From the NCBI GenBank assembly GCA_051294375.1, contig CM119269.1, positions 832,272 through 896,271 on the forward strand: DNA of 64,000 nucleotides, in the 5' to 3' direction. Position 1 is the stretch's first letter; every line of letters starts with the position of its first letter. The translations under genes were made by a program, and so were the position numbers. Source of the DNA: Paraspadella gotoi. Its lineage: Eukaryota; Animalia; Chaetognatha. Below are positions 25,211-39,388 of this stretch, piece by piece. The notes beneath the pieces are model-generated. The model worked only from the letters and a program-made list of their open reading frames with translations, had not been told where the DNA came from and did no database searches.

Positions 25211-28200
25211 AAAAACAGGAGATACTTAAAAATTAGGATCTACTCTTAGAGCAATTGTTTACCAGTCTTGTTTTATTGTTATACATAAATTAACTTTGAT
25301 CCGTTTAATAAAATTTTATTCCAAAAATTTTGTAGGCTTTCAATTACATAGTTAGATATAGTCCTATAGGTCGTAGGACATGCACTTAGTATCGAAAATA
25401 TGTAATTTTGAAAAATAGTCAAACTTGCCTTGGGCCAAACAATGCATTCTTAAGTTAGTTTTTAAGTGTGAAGAATAGCGGATACTATTCGGCGGATTGG
25501 GATGAGGTTAAACTTAAAGAGTATGGTGGGGATCTGGTTAGAATGTTTTGGTTTAGGTTAAGAAAAATATCGAAAAATATTATTAATTTTGTTATATCTA
25601 TTTTCCAATCAAATCCATTTAAAAATCCATTAAAAAATAACTTATCACTTAAAAGTAATAAGGGTTCCCCGTTAGCCAAAACGGCACTCATGAAATCGCT
25701 GCCATTCCTGTATGTCAGTTATTTAATCTAAATTGATACACATAAAACGTCTGACTTAACTAAATGTAACTTTTAAGCATATTAAAATCGTCGGTCTGAA
25801 TTTTTAACCAAAAATCCGCGTGGAGATTGTATTCAATTCAGCATCCAAGCTGGGAGGAAAGTTGAAAATATACTTCAATGTGAAGTTTTAGAAATGATGG
25901 TTTTTGCAGTCTTTGATGACTCGATTCGTGCACACATTTCAAAAAATTTAAAGAATCTCGTTTCAAGAATTTGAAAATCCAGCAGCGTGTGGAAAGGTTC
26001 ACCTGAGACTCCTAAATGTAATGTTGAAGGTGCAGGGCTGACCAGAGGCTAGAAGACGCACCTTTTTAACAGAATAGTACACACAGATGATGCACAAAAT
26101 TGGATCAACTTTTTCAACAAAAAAAAAAAAATTGCTGCGTAACTCACCTTTTCCATCCTTTTCTATCAAATGATATAACTTATAATTAGTAGTTTGTGTA
26201 ATTTTTACTTGGTGTTCCGTTCTAGCTCACGGAGCAGCTTTAATTTATTACTTAATCTATTCCCATCATTATCTGTAATACCACAACCATGACACGACTA
26301 TTAAACTTTAACCATTCAATTCTTTTTTGACAATGATATTGTACTAAATGTAAAAAAACACAATCACATTAAATAAATTTAATACGACCATAATTTAAAA
26401 AACTGCTAGAATTTAATATTCTATGCGAATTATGAATTAAAGATACAAAATTTGCCATTTGATTTAGGTTTAATTCGTCAAATGCAGGGAGGTCCAGCTC
26501 TAATTGGACTAACTTCAGCTGCTTACAGCACAAAAATGGTTTAACTTTAAGATAGCTTAGTTTCCAAATCTATATTTTATTCTATTTTTTTAATCGATAT
26601 TAAATGTCTTGAAAATCCAACAAACTACCGACACTAAGAAGTCATTTCTTTTCGCGCCGGTTCTCTAACTTTTGCGAAATTTTGGCGAAAATCAAGATGA
26701 AAGATAATGACTCCCGACATTTGTCCGCGCAGTTTTTCCGACCGCAATGTAGGAGAAAGGAGTAGGATGTCCCTGGCATCCTTTCCAAAACTGTCGACTT
26801 TCTGACAGCGGCAATAGTGACATGAATTCAGCATTTCCAATGGGCGCGGTTGCAAAAGCATGCGCCACCTACCGTGAACATTTAAAATAAATTATCTTGA
26901 TAAATAGATTGTATTCTTTTGACATGTTTTTTATATGTATACCATCCAAATGATTTTTTTAATTAAGTCCCAAGGCTTGCTTGGCTGAGGAGTTTAAAAT
27001 TAAAGGTTTATATGGTTTATAATGATTGATGAATAAAGTCGGTAAAATTGATAAGCAAGAAAAAGCTGGCTTTTTACTACGGATTTATGTACATTTATAA
27101 TATGATTGATTAAATACCTATCTTTCGCAACTATGGAAAACTAGTCTGCCTGTTAGCTTAACGGTTGGAACTAAGTTAACAAATTTATACGTTAAAGTTT
27201 AACTTAAACGTAGCGATCTTAAGTGTGTTATGTTTACTTACTTAGTAAATGAGATTTTGGGAGGAAAAACAAATCAAAATATCAGTTAATATCAGTTAAT
27301 GGACTGATTTATTTGTGATTAATTGAACAGGAAACCGTGTTGATCAGTACCTATAAATTCAATCAAACATACCTGCGTCTTTATGCATGGAAGAAAACTT
27401 AAAATGCTTGACAAAAACTTTAACACTCAACTACAAATCCTAGTAGAATACACAATTTCGTAATGAACCGTTTCTATACAGCATCAATGTGCAGATGTAA
27501 AACAAACCGCGACAAATATGCCTCGTATAAATTGCAATTGAAGCTACTATATTGTTTTTTCCATTTAAATAATCGTTCTAAACCATGTATCGGTTAATAT
27601 TAATAAATCTGCTTCTAGCGCCAATATCTACTAACACTCCAGAATGGTATAAAACCACTCTTAGCCAACCCTATAGTCATCAGAACAGATCCCGCCAACG
27701 TTCAAAAGATAGGTACAGTTAACAATGAAGTCTATAGCACTTTGATATAAAGATGTCAACGAATTTCGGAAAAAGTTCTCGCTTTTTTTTTTCAGCGAAA
27801 GCTTTTCATAAACCGCCTAAACCAACTGGTCTCTTTTTTGTTATTTTATATTGAAATGACTTGTTTATAATTTGTTTTTATCACATTGCTTATGAAGGTT
27901 TCGCGCACACACATAAGTCTTATAAAGTCAGATTTCTTAAATTGTTCGCTCAACGTGTGACGCTTTTATTTCGTTCGAGTCGTCGGAGAATTACGCGATT
28001 CGCACTAACACTCGCGCGGGAAGAAAGAGGACCACGTTTTCAGCGATTTCGACGAACGAAGAGTTTTGTTTGTTTTTAATTATTTTCACGCGCGATCAGA
28101 AGGGAGGCACGTTGTCGGAACTTCGCCGCGCGACGATTTATAGGGGAGGGAGAAAGAGAGGAAGGGAGATGAGTTAGGGTATTTCGATAAAATAGGTTTT

Positions 28201-29339
28201 GTAGGGCCAAGCAAATTCGGGATTTGGGGCGGAGCTGGAAAACTATCTAATAACGAAATAATGAAGAACGTTTCCTCTATTTTTTTAGTATTTATCGGAC
28301 GAGAAGACGTAGGAAAAAGGAAGAACGTCGTGTCGTGGTAGTGTTGGAAATATCGACTAAACAAGAGCTGGAAAGAACAGAGTCATTGGCAGAGGAAAGG
28401 TCCGCTGATGAATGTAAGGCTGGCGTAAAACCCACAGACGCGCGCTTTTATTTCCAGTGGTTTTTATTTTATTTTTTTTGCCTGGTGTGGTTTTATTCCG
28501 AATAAAGGAATTTGTTGAGAACGAACTTAAAATTTCAAAGCAGCTTTGTATTTTATAAGCGTAGGCGAGAAAAATCGAAAGGTATTGGTGATACATATAT
28601 AGAGGTTGAAAATAGAAGAACAAGCAGCAAAAGAAAAAAAAGTAGGTGGGAGCAGGCCTAGAGGGTAACGCAGTTGCTTTAAATTTTTGAAAGCGATGGA
28701 GAGTCGCCTTCAAGTACGCGCAACCCTTTTTTTTTTGCCGTGGGGTTTCAATCGTGCAAGATGTACTGATGGATACGAGACGAGCACGACGATATCCGAT
28801 AGGTAGTACGAAACAAGGCTGAGGAGAGACTCAATTTTAGAGAAGTTTTATTTTAACTTTTTTTTCCGCGCATAAAACACTTTTTATTAAAAAGAACGTG
28901 CATCCGCAGGAGATGGCTAAGAATTAGTCCTCGACTACTATAGAGAAAACGGGGCAAAGAAGTTAAAAGGAGTTGTGCGTCGTCGCATTTCCCTTTACAA
29001 TTCCCAAGACTTTCACCGAAAAAAAAACGCAACAGCAGAGCAAAGGAAGAAAAAATAGATTTTTCGGGCTTTTGGTTTTTTCTTGTTGTAGAAGACCAGA
29101 AACTCCACACAATATGTCGCACTTCAAAATTAAGTTTTCATAGAAAAGTCCGTAATAAAAAGATTAATTTCTTATTCTTGAACGAAAGACGGCGTTACAC
29201 ACACGATAAATGTCCCCCCATCACTAGGAAGCATGCGAAAACGGCGACCTGAAGGGCGGAAAGATAGATTTACAGCAACATTTACAATAGGACAAACCAT
29301 AATTTCAAAAATCGAGGATTCACATCACCTTATGTGGAG

Positions 29340-32111
29340 TTATTTTCTCTGTGGGTTATTCGCAGTTGGGGGAGCAGTCGGTTTTGGCGGTCCCACAACA
29401 TCATCGCGATAGGTCTCCACCTCTTGTCGTTTTTCATAGTGACCGAAGTCGTCGAAAATCGACGTTGAGTGCTTGTAACTGTGTATGATCTTCAAAACCT
29501 GATAAATGGGGAAACGAAAATAGTTATGAAATTAACCGTTACTACCGGCTATATGATATAAATTCGCCCTTGGGGACCCGCCCAGTACCCAGTTGTTAAA
29601 ATTAAAATACTAGACGAAAATGTCAAAATTACTTTCTTAATTATAAATGATTCAATGCTCGCTTAAAAAACAAAAAAAAATCACATGGCGGAAACAATTG
29701 TCCCAAAACTTAATTTACAACCAAAATCAACATATCTTACGATTATTTTTGCCATATTAGGCTGGTAAACAATCTACTTTGACATCCAGGAAATATAATG
29801 ACTAAAAAGCAAAAAGCTAATTTCATTAACTGCATAACAATAAACAAAGAAGACACCTGTTTGCCCTTCTCGCCAAGGATCTCTTGCGTGTCCCTGGAAT
29901 TAGTGACGGGTTTGTTTTCGTTGTTTTCGAGTCTGATGTGACGCAGTTGTGAGTTCGGCACATCCTTAACGTAAATCCACTTGACTTGAAACTGTCCTTT
30001 CCACTTATCCTGTAGCCAGACGCGCGAAGAGGTGTCGTAATCGACGTGACCCATCATCTGAGCCATGCCACAGAAATGTCCAGAGCCGTTTACGCTAAAA
30101 AACAGCAACACGGGTCCCTTCGTATCCTGTTTAAAAGCCGTCAAAACGAATATTTGCAAAAAAAGTAAAATTTCTGCCAAAAATCGTCAAAATGTTGGAT
30201 ATTCGCGAACGAACCTGCGTTCGGAAGGCCTCGTCGAGTCGCTTGTTGCCGTGTTCGGTGCTGCACCAAATTCCGTATTTGATGGAGCGATGAATATCGT
30301 CTTCCGAGTAGCTCTTGATGACGAAGAATCGGGCATTCCGCGGAGAAAGGTTGTAGTCCTTTGGATTGTACTTGTGCGTCACCATCAGTTCCTTAAGAAC
30401 TGTAGGAACGTTTTCCTCCGGCGGGTTAGGTCCGTTAGCGCAAGTGGCGAGCGTCCCGGGGCCGCTCTTTCCGTTGGCGTGAGGACTTCCGGTTCCGTTA
30501 GGGTTGTTTCCGACGACGTCGTTCCGATTGTTACTCTTACCTCCGACCTGCGCGCCTTCGTTACCGACGCGTCCTCCCTGACGCGGGGCCGCAGTTCCCC
30601 AAGCGTTTCTCGGCGCCGCGCTTCCTCCTGAGGATTTCCCCGCACCGGATACGTCTTTCCCCGAAAGGCTCCTCTCCCCAGAGTTGCTCCGAGCGACGCC
30701 GGGGTCGCCCCACGTCCCAATATCCATATTCCCCGCGTTGCGCGTGACGAGGACGGGCGCCGGCGGAATGGTTTTGGCCTTGATTTTCGGTTGAGGCTTT
30801 GCCGGCTGTGATGCGATCGAGGCCCACGACTTTTTAGCCGGAGCAGAAGACGGTGCCGGAGGCGCCTGCGTCGGAGAAGAGTGGGGCGCCCCAACGGAGG
30901 CGCTTCCTCCCCCGGCCCCGCTCACGACGTGACTGCCCGCACTACTGATGAGTCCTCCCACACCGCCACTCGTACCAAGGCCGCCCGGACCTGGCGGAAT
31001 GGAACCGTCCAAGCCGCCGCCACCTCCGGACAACCCGACAGAGTTCGAAGACGGGGGCATGAGAGGAGTATGCGGAGATGTCAATCCCCCGCCGCCGAGG
31101 GACGCCACGTTGACTCCGCCGCTTCCACTTCCTCCGCCAATGCCGACGTGATCGCCGCCGCCGACAGTTCCGGCCACGCCGACGATTCCCCCTTGAAAAA
31201 CGTCCTTTTGCGAAACGAGACTCCCCTCGCCGACGCTGGAGACTCCAAGGGGCGGAAGAACGCTACTCTTATCTCCCCCGCCGATCGAAAGCCCGCCCAT
31301 CGTTTGGTCGAGGTTTTTAAGACCGTCGTGCACACCGCCAGGGCCGGTTCCAAAGGCAGTATCTCCGTTGACGGCGCCATAGTCGAAAGGCCCGGTCACG
31401 GTTGACGCAGCGCTCGAGGTCGCCACTGACGCCGTTAGAGGCCCCAAAGCCGCTGGCGTTCGGTAGTAATCGTCAAAGGCCTTGCCAGTCGCTCGTCCTC
31501 CCGTGCCCCAAGTGTCGTACTCCCCGGCCGCCGTCGGGAAAAAGGAAAATCCGGGCGCAGCGGCGGCGGGGTGAGAACCGTAGCCGAAGCTATTTCCGAA
31601 GTCCGCCGCAGCCGCAGCCGCCGCTCCCGGGCCAGCGCCGTACATGGACGTATGGTGATCGTTTGTTTGCCCATGTAAGCTTCCAGCCGCCGCGTGCCCG
31701 AGACCCCCAGCGTGTCCGTAATTTCCGAAGGAAAACATTGGCTCGCCTCCAGACGACCACGCCGTGTTACCATCGCCGAGTCCATAGGGGAAAGGGTAGT
31801 AGTTACCCGCGGGAGCCAAGTAAGGATTGTCGTTCATGCTCGTCGTGTTAGATAACGAACCGTAAGCCTGAAAAAATAACTGTGGTATTTCAAATGATTT
31901 TAACTAGACATCTACAAAACACCAACCGGGATCTGTTGCGTACGAAGATAACCGAAGGTATCGTCATCGGAACCAAGGTTGTCTTTAGAAGGTACACCAG
32001 CGGAACCTAATTCGATACAAAAAGACAGCTAAATCACAGACGATGATAACCAGGAAGGGTCATAATCTTACCTGGCCCTTTATTACGCTGCTGGGTCATC
32101 GAAGGCCACAT
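29340..32111 (-). CDS. YTHDF: YTH domain family m6A reader (YTHDF1/2/3 orthologue)
   Basis: Five exons (about 32111-32072, 32006-31927, 31868-30216, 30127-29858, 29498-29340); YTH motifs [81 protein letters not shown]; long Gly/Ser/Ala low-complexity N-terminus. Confidence 0.97.
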
Positions 32112-34029
32112 GAACGCTTTATTCTATACAGCCCCAAAAGAAACTACTGTTTGTGAAGTCTAGAATGGATCACGGGGCTTTCTTTCGTTGCGACTAAAAC
32201 ATTAAGTTTATTAACTGTCTTTGCTGTAGTTTCAAGGTAAACTTTGAAAGAACAGACGTTCTTTCAACTCTGTTTTCGTCTGGGCAAAAAAAAATAGTTC
32301 AATCATCAAAGAAACATCCTCCGTATTTTCAATTCAAAATACTAAGATTTAGACCAAACGAACGCACCGAGAAACCCGTCATCAAATGATCATTTAAATG
32401 ACACATAAAATATCAAATAAATATACAGGTTAAAAACTTAATTCGAGAAAATTGCTACATTTTTCAATAACAACATTTTTCCCATAATTTTCTAAGATCC
32501 TAGGAAGATGGAGGAAGTCCAGTGATGTTATGCGCTTGCGCAGTTGAAGAGAAGTCACGTGGTTTACAAATGGAAAAACAAAAGACGAGGGAGATATATT
32601 ATTTTTACAGTTACAGGTGTCTGGGAGTTGAGAGTTGAGACGCGGGAACTCGAACTCGTTGGAATAATTATAAAACAATTATTTTCTAAAGAAAAGCCTC
32701 ATAGAATTATACGTAGATTCCAAGAGAAAGGTCCTTGAGAACGTTATAATCATAATAAATGTAGCACTTCAGAAAGTCCAGTCAAGGAATCGAAGCCGCA
32801 CCCATTCCAAGGATCCTCGGACGATCATACTAATTTTTTTCTGTTATCGAGGCCGGCAGCCTATCTCTAATTTAGTAATTCATAGATTTATTTTATAATT
32901 CATCGACAAATGGAATCTGAAACTGATAAGGAAACAACTAAAAAAAATCCTTAACTTAAGTTTATTTTTCCTTTAGGCTCTGTTTTATAAAATTGCTACA
33001 ATAATATATGATTAATAATTATCCATTCATTTAAATAAGCTCTCTAGCCTCTTAATTTGGACTGACTACATTATTATGCTTTTTTTGATGCAGCAAAAGC
33101 AACTGCTTGGTTTTCTCCGCGTGGTTTGGAAGAATGATGTTTGTATACTTATTGTTAAATCTTATTCTAATATATAAAAGTTAAAAATATTTTTGGAAGT
33201 ACTTATTTGTAGTATAATAATGTATTTTGGTTTAAAAAATTTCAAAGAAAGCAGGTAAGATTTGGGTAAGTTACTATTTTGGTTTAATTTTTATTAAAAC
33301 TTACTTTTGTTAGGAAATTTATTAACGATATTGTCAGATATTTAATGCATAATAAAAGCGTCAAAAAGGTAAGAAATACATAAAGTATTTGACTATTTGA
33401 GCATATTCGTTAAAAAATTAAATAAGTTTAATTAGGATAGTGATAAAAAGCTTAAAATCAGGTCAATATACTGTAATGTTCAGAAACGATCACTGGCTTT
33501 TATCGTATGCAATACAATGCGCGCGCACAAAAACGACGAAAACATCCACAACGCCTTGTAGTTGCTTAAATTTTTTTTCACTGTATATATATTAAGAATA
33601 TATATATATATATATATTAAGAAAGAAAGCAATATATATTTGATTAAATAATAAGATTAAATACTAAATCCTTCATAAAATATAAAAATAGAAAATAGTG
33701 AAACAAGTAATTTGCAAATTTTCATAAAAGTAAAAAGCCCAAAAAAATTTTTGCCACTCATTTTATTATTGTGCATCAAATCGTTCAGACAGGGCAGGAC
33801 GTTAAGTTTTGTCTCGATATAGGGTCTCACCCCTGTATATGTGACTAACTGACTATATCTCAAGTCATCAAAAGTCTACTGAATCTACATAGATTTTAGA
33901 GACTTTGTTTCCAAAAAACGTTAATAAAGTATGGTGTCTTATTTAAAATATTAAGATTCAACTGAACTCTGAAAAGAACTGTAAGTATTAAATGACAAAA
34001 CATTAGAAAACGCCCTGTAACCAAATAAA

Positions 34030-37000
34030 TTATTGGTCAATTGGGACGGCAAAAGACGCAAAAAAGTTCGAAGAGAAAGGAATCACGTCGTCAGGTTTGC
34101 AAAGAAGAAGTTGCTGGAGAAAATCCGCAAGCAGACTTTTCAGTTCAGGATGATGTCTTACGTATTCTTGATGAGTGGATTTTAATGCCTCCTGAATAAA
34201 ATATTTTTAATCACTTTTTGATAGAAAATGTAAAAAAAATGTAATTATTTCTGTCTAACATCACAAATTAAGGTCAATGCATCAGCAATTCAGCATTCAG
34301 CAATCTTTATTCTGTATTTTGTCGAAAAGACAAGCAAAACATTCTGTACTGTAGCGACTAGTGAGAATAGCTAACCTTTCTGTCAATGTATTTCGAGTAG
34401 AGCATCATGTCCTCTTCCCAAGCCAATTCTTTTTTCTTGAAGTCAGGCTTTTCAATTGTTTCCTCTTTGACTTCTTCTTCTTTAAAGGCGTCATCTTTCA
34501 TTGACGGCGATTCAGGTGTGGACAACAGTTTGACAACAGTCGGAGATCCTGATCATTGCAACATTTAAACAGGGTCTTTTGGAGAGATTACTTTTGATCT
34601 TTATTGTGCTTTGGGAGGCAAATTAATACGTTTACGTAAATTTAATCGACATATCAGAGTGTACCGTGTACTATTTACAGTATTGTCGTACCATGCTGCA
34701 TTCTTGACGCTAAATGCGCCGAAGGAAGAAAATATGATGTTGTTATTACTCTTACGTCGTCGGAACCAATGATCTCTCTTTCGAAACCAAATACTTCTTT
34801 TTCTAAGCCTTGAATGGTTTCCTGTTTGATAAATGTATTCGTCAATTAAACTGTTTTATAATGCGCTAAAAGACTTTTGATTATTGCTTTAACGATATAT
34901 AACATAGCCCTTAAAAGTCAAAATTTTTTCACTACTCTCAATAAGTGCGATTATTATCCTTTTCTTGGAGTTTAGATGACTTAATTAAGGCCTCAAATAC
35001 AATAAGGAAGGCCTGAATTAGGTCGCCTCAGCGTTTTCTTTTTAGTTTTACACATCTAATTTTATTATTACATTATTATCAGACCATAATGATGTTAAAA
35101 AATGCATATTTTTATGAAGAAAACTAGTAAAAACTTGCCATCTTATCATCGAGTTTCTTGTAAACGACTGGAACGAGGTTAAGATCAACGTCAACTGTCT
35201 TCGTCTTCAGTGGAAATAAAGACAACTCGGACTTGAGTTTAACGAAAAAACGTAGGAGAATAATGTTAGCTCCTGAAACAGAATAAAAGGTTTTATTAAG
35301 AATCAACGTGTTTTGGATTTAAGAGAAAACAAAGTTTATTTGTTTATATTCAACGAGTTATTTTTTTAAAATAAAAATCGTCGTTTGTAAACAAAAAAAA
35401 TTTTTTTCTCTTAAAAAAAGATTCTAATACGTATTACGTAGTAACCTTCTGATATAAAATTTTGTGATTCCTCTTCACTGAGAATTTGTTCTGCTTCGTC
35501 CACATGTTCTCCATGTTTCGTGGTTTTATTTAACCTATTTAAAAAAAAAAACATGTAATATTGATTTCCAAACATTTTCTTATTCTTGCTTGCGCAATAT
35601 TCTAAACAGAATTTTCACCTTTACCTGTATTGATAGCGTGCAACATACTTCCGGTTTTCCGAATCCTCACTCGGCAATCCTTGCGTTGTCTCTTCCTCTG
35701 TATTTTCTTGACCGTCGACGTCAACCCTATTGTCCACAGAAGAATCATTATCTCCGTTTCTTGCGCTGTCGTCGTCTGGGACGTTGACTTCGGATTCGTC
35801 ATTGCCGTCGACATCTTCTGCCTTGTTAGTGTCGCTGTTAGCAAATTCTTCGCCACTTGGAACAAAATGATACGAAATTGGTGAAACCAATATGAAAATT
35901 ATCCACACATTTGAACATTGACATTGAACACAATGGGTGAAGTCCTCTATCACACTTACAAGGTAATAACATAGCAGGTCCCAATAAGCTTTCAATCAAA
36001 ACTCTCTCGCAGTCTAGTTTATTCACACCCAAAGTGCCAGGCTTCTCAATCAATGAAGTGGTATGATGTTTGAATTGTAAAAGTATATTTGAGATCAGAA
36101 AATACCTCTCTCGATGAGCGACCAATCAAACCTACTAGGGAAATCTCCGGATAATGGTTGTTTTCTCTATTACTCCAGCGTCTTCTTCTAGTCCAGCTTC
36201 GATCTCTTCGACGTACTTCTGAGTGATCGTCGCAAATGTCGACGCCTCGATCGAGGATTCCAACCGTAGAGTCCACCGAAGTCCTGATATACGCCCTTCC
36301 GCCGAAGCGGAGACCATGAAGCAAGGCAGCGCATCATCTACAAAGAATTGTGACCAATATTAAACAACAAGATAACAACCAAATAAAATTAAAAACAAAA
36401 ATAATGTATTACCTGACTGTGTGAGAGTGACATCAATCAGATAATTTCCATCTTTTTCTCCTTCTTCGTTTAAACTGTAAAGTCTGTCATTGAAGACGAG
36501 ATCTTTTAAATTTTCAATTTTTTTCACTTCTTCTACGAGCTTTTTCCAACGTTCCTTGTTATCTTCATTAAGCTCTTTATTGTTTTCTAAAATAAACATT
36601 ATTTATCATTTAAAAACCTCTTAGGATGAAGATAACCGTTGGTCCGCTTTTCCAGACGATTACGTGACGTGACACGCAACAAGAATCTTATCTTATCACT
36701 TAATTGTAAAGTAATACCTCAAATAGCCAAGATTTACACAAACTGTATAGTGTATACCGTATGGACTTACTGATCACCTGACTTTCTGGTTATGTAATCG
36801 TATTTTCATATGATCACGTGACCGCACAAGTGTGAGCCCGTTAAGCATTTCATGGTACACAACCTTTTTCCCCAAGTATTAATTTAACTTTAATCTTTTA
36901 CCTTATATTTAATCTAATCACTAACCTTAATAGCTAATAACTAATCTTCAATTATTTATTATTATACTATTACTTAAACTTGCCACTTAACCCTAATCTA

Positions 37001-37419
37001 TATAAGCAAATCTTTAAATAAATCATTAACATAATCCATAACCCTAATTCCTAGAAATATAATGTTATTCCTAATCTCTTTAAGTTTAACTTAATCTTTA
37101 ACCCTAAAAACTACCTCAATTCTAAAGTTAAACTCAAATAGTAGGGATTAAAATTGCTAAAACAATAAAAANNNNNNNNNNCTTATATTGAACGTTTTTG
37201 TCACTAACACATAATGATAATTTCTGTCTCTTCAAGGAATTAAAATTGCTAAAACAATAAAAAGCTGGTTTTTTACCTTCCTTACCTTCATCATCAGCAT
37301 CAGTGTTTGCTGAGAGGGTTTCCCTGTAAGAAAATTTAGAATGAATTTCGTTTGAATAACATTCGTTTTGCAAATATAAAAAAAATTATTACTTACCCAG
37401 TCGGGTCGTCTTCGTTCAT
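34030..37419 (-). CDS. CATIP: Ciliogenesis-associated TTC17-interacting protein (CATIP/C2orf62)-like
   Basis: About ten exons splice in frame from MNEDDPTG to ...AVPIDQ*; motifs FISEGANIILLR, WEEDMMLYSKYIDRKE and RIIa-like YVRHHPELKSLLADFLQQLLLCKPDDVIPFSSNFF. Confidence 0.85.
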
Positions 37420-38009
37420 TACTCACAATTCTATTATTTTATAATTTTATAATTTAAGTAGCGATATTTTTTTGTTATGTCGCATAAAGAATTCACTGCT
37501 TTAAGTAATATACCATAATTGTAATACAACATGCAGCAAATATTTATGAATCATGTAACTTTTTATAGATTTTCTCTCGTTTTCTTGTTTCCAAGGTAGC
37601 GTGCTATTTTGTTTTTTTAAATTTAGGTACCAGCGGTACTTAGCTCTCTCACGAGGAAACATCTCAAAAATGATTCTCAATGAAAAAAAAAGAGCATCGA
37701 CACGACGGAAAGGATTTTTGAAATTGAATTTGATAATCTATTTTAATAAATATATACCATTTTTTTGTTTATAAAGTAAAATCACGCGTTAGATGATGTT
37801 AAAATAATCGTTCATAAAAAAATTATGAAGGAAAATTGGGTTATATTTAATCCTAAATTTTCTGCCTAACAACCAAAGCGTCCTAAGCAACTGTAGTTAG
37901 GTCTTTTTCCGCCTTCGTGTGTTGTAGAATAAGAATCGTACGATTTCTTCTTCTCTAAATTCAAATACAATTAGCTCAAACGCTTTTGACAGATATTTGT
38001 AATCTGGAG

Positions 38010-39029
38010 ATGAAAATGGCATCTATCGAATTAAAACGTCAAGATCTTCCGCTGACGGCTTCTGGGAAGGGACACCAGTACCTGCCTCCAGAGAACTTTA
38101 CCCGGGAAACGTATACGAGTCAAGTGCGTCGTCCGCTTCCTCCGACGCTCGTGGGAGAGAACCAGGTCGGCAAGCGGGAAACTTTTGTGACCACTACTGG
38201 CTCAGTTCACGGCGACGTTTGGCGTCAAAATCCTTATCAAAACGAGATATACTCAAAAGCTCTGGGTCACTGGAACACTGAGCTCTATGTCAAAGATCTA
38301 CGAGAAAAGCTGCTTCGGCGCGGTCATCGTCCCCCTCTCGGCACAGGAGAGTCGGAGATGCGCGGTAAATTCAAGGCCGAGGCAGGGGTTCCGTGGAACG
38401 GCGACTATGAATTTCACCCCGGGCTCTCCGACTTTCGTCTCGGGCTGGTCGGGAATCGCGCGGAGGAAAGAAAGGGCAAATTCTTCCCTCTTGCTCCGGC
38501 AAACGACGCTGGCGTTATTCGCGAATTGGATCCTTACGTGAGCGTGACGCGGAAGGCTCACCGACCTTTTACGGTTAAAGAGTTGGGCGGATATCCGAAG
38601 AAGGATTGCGCCACGTACTGGGCTTGCGAAGAATATCCAAAAGCTTGGGGTCACGGCCCGCATTCTAACCCGCTACCCAAGGAATCTATGCCGCGTCCCC
38701 GTCCCCCCATGCGAGACGAAATGGACCGTCACAACCTGGACAAATTCCGCCACGAGGCTCGTCCGGCCTTTGCGCCTCGCCGCGCTCTACCTGTTCCTCA
38801 CGGCGGACTGACCACCGTCACGCGGGCCGACTTCGTCAATCCCAAGCCGTTGAATACGGATTTCGCAGCTCAAATCGTCAATCCTGTCGTTGTACCGAAT
38901 CCTGCAGCGTCAAAGATCGTCATTAAGGAGCCGAACCATCGGCAGACAGAGAGCGGCAACATCGGCAGCGGAGTTCCCGCTTTTGTCACTGGACACGACG
39001 TCACTGAAAGGAAGCGATCGGGGATTTGA
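38010..39029 (+). CDS. Intronless axonemal microtubule-inner-protein-like ORF, SAXO3-like (339 aa)
   Basis: Long GC-rich ORF; Mn-type motifs (FVTTTGSVH, ESEMRGKF, LDPYVSVTRKAHRPF, TTVTRADF) and KELGGYPKKDCATYW resemble SAXO3 as I recall it; ATTAAA at about 39202. Confidence 0.65.
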   Translation: MKMASIELKRQDLPLTASGKGHQYLPPENFTRETYTSQVRRPLPPTLVGENQVGKRETFVTTTGSVHGDVWRQNPYQNEIYSKALGHWNTELYVKDLREKLLRRGHRPPLGTGESEMRGKFKAEAGVPWNGDYEFHPGLSDFRLGLVGNRAEERKGKFFPLAPANDAGVIRELDPYVSVTRKAHRPFTVKELGGYPKKDCATYWACEEYPKAWGHGPHSNPLPKESMPRPRPPMRDEMDRHNLDKFRHEARPAFAPRRALPVPHGGLTTVTRADFVNPKPLNTDFAAQIVNPVVVPNPAASKIVIKEPNHRQTESGNIGSGVPAFVTGHDVTERKRSGI

Positions 39030-39388
39030 ATTGTAGCATACGTTTCTAGCCTTCTTCTAACGTATTATTGTATTATTATTATATGTATTATTGCTGTATT
39101 ATTTGCGTTTTGCAGTAGGTCATGCTTTAAAATTCTTCGGTATGTTTGCAATCGTGCAGCCAAGATGGCTTGATTTATCATGCAATATTTTTTATACGTT
39201 AATTAAAGCTCTTTGTAGTTAAAAAAAAACCCTATGTAAAATGTATGATACAGACTAATGCTTGTCCTCATGAGTTTCATGTCCATTGGTTGGAGAATGA
39301 TTGCTTTCGATTCATCACGTTAATTTGGACATGGACTGTCTGTAAGGAGTAAATAATAGTTACAGTAGGTTCGAAACCAACACCGAAA

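Noticed and set aside
25740-27800. Exon-like patches with splice signals on the minus strand between ZNF and YTHDF
   Set aside because: Could not assemble a stop-free frame or recognise a product; a non-coding or decayed gene is not excluded.
36135-36140. Premature stop in CATIP
   Set aside because: A donor at CCC TA|gtaggt splices in phase to the next exon and removes it.
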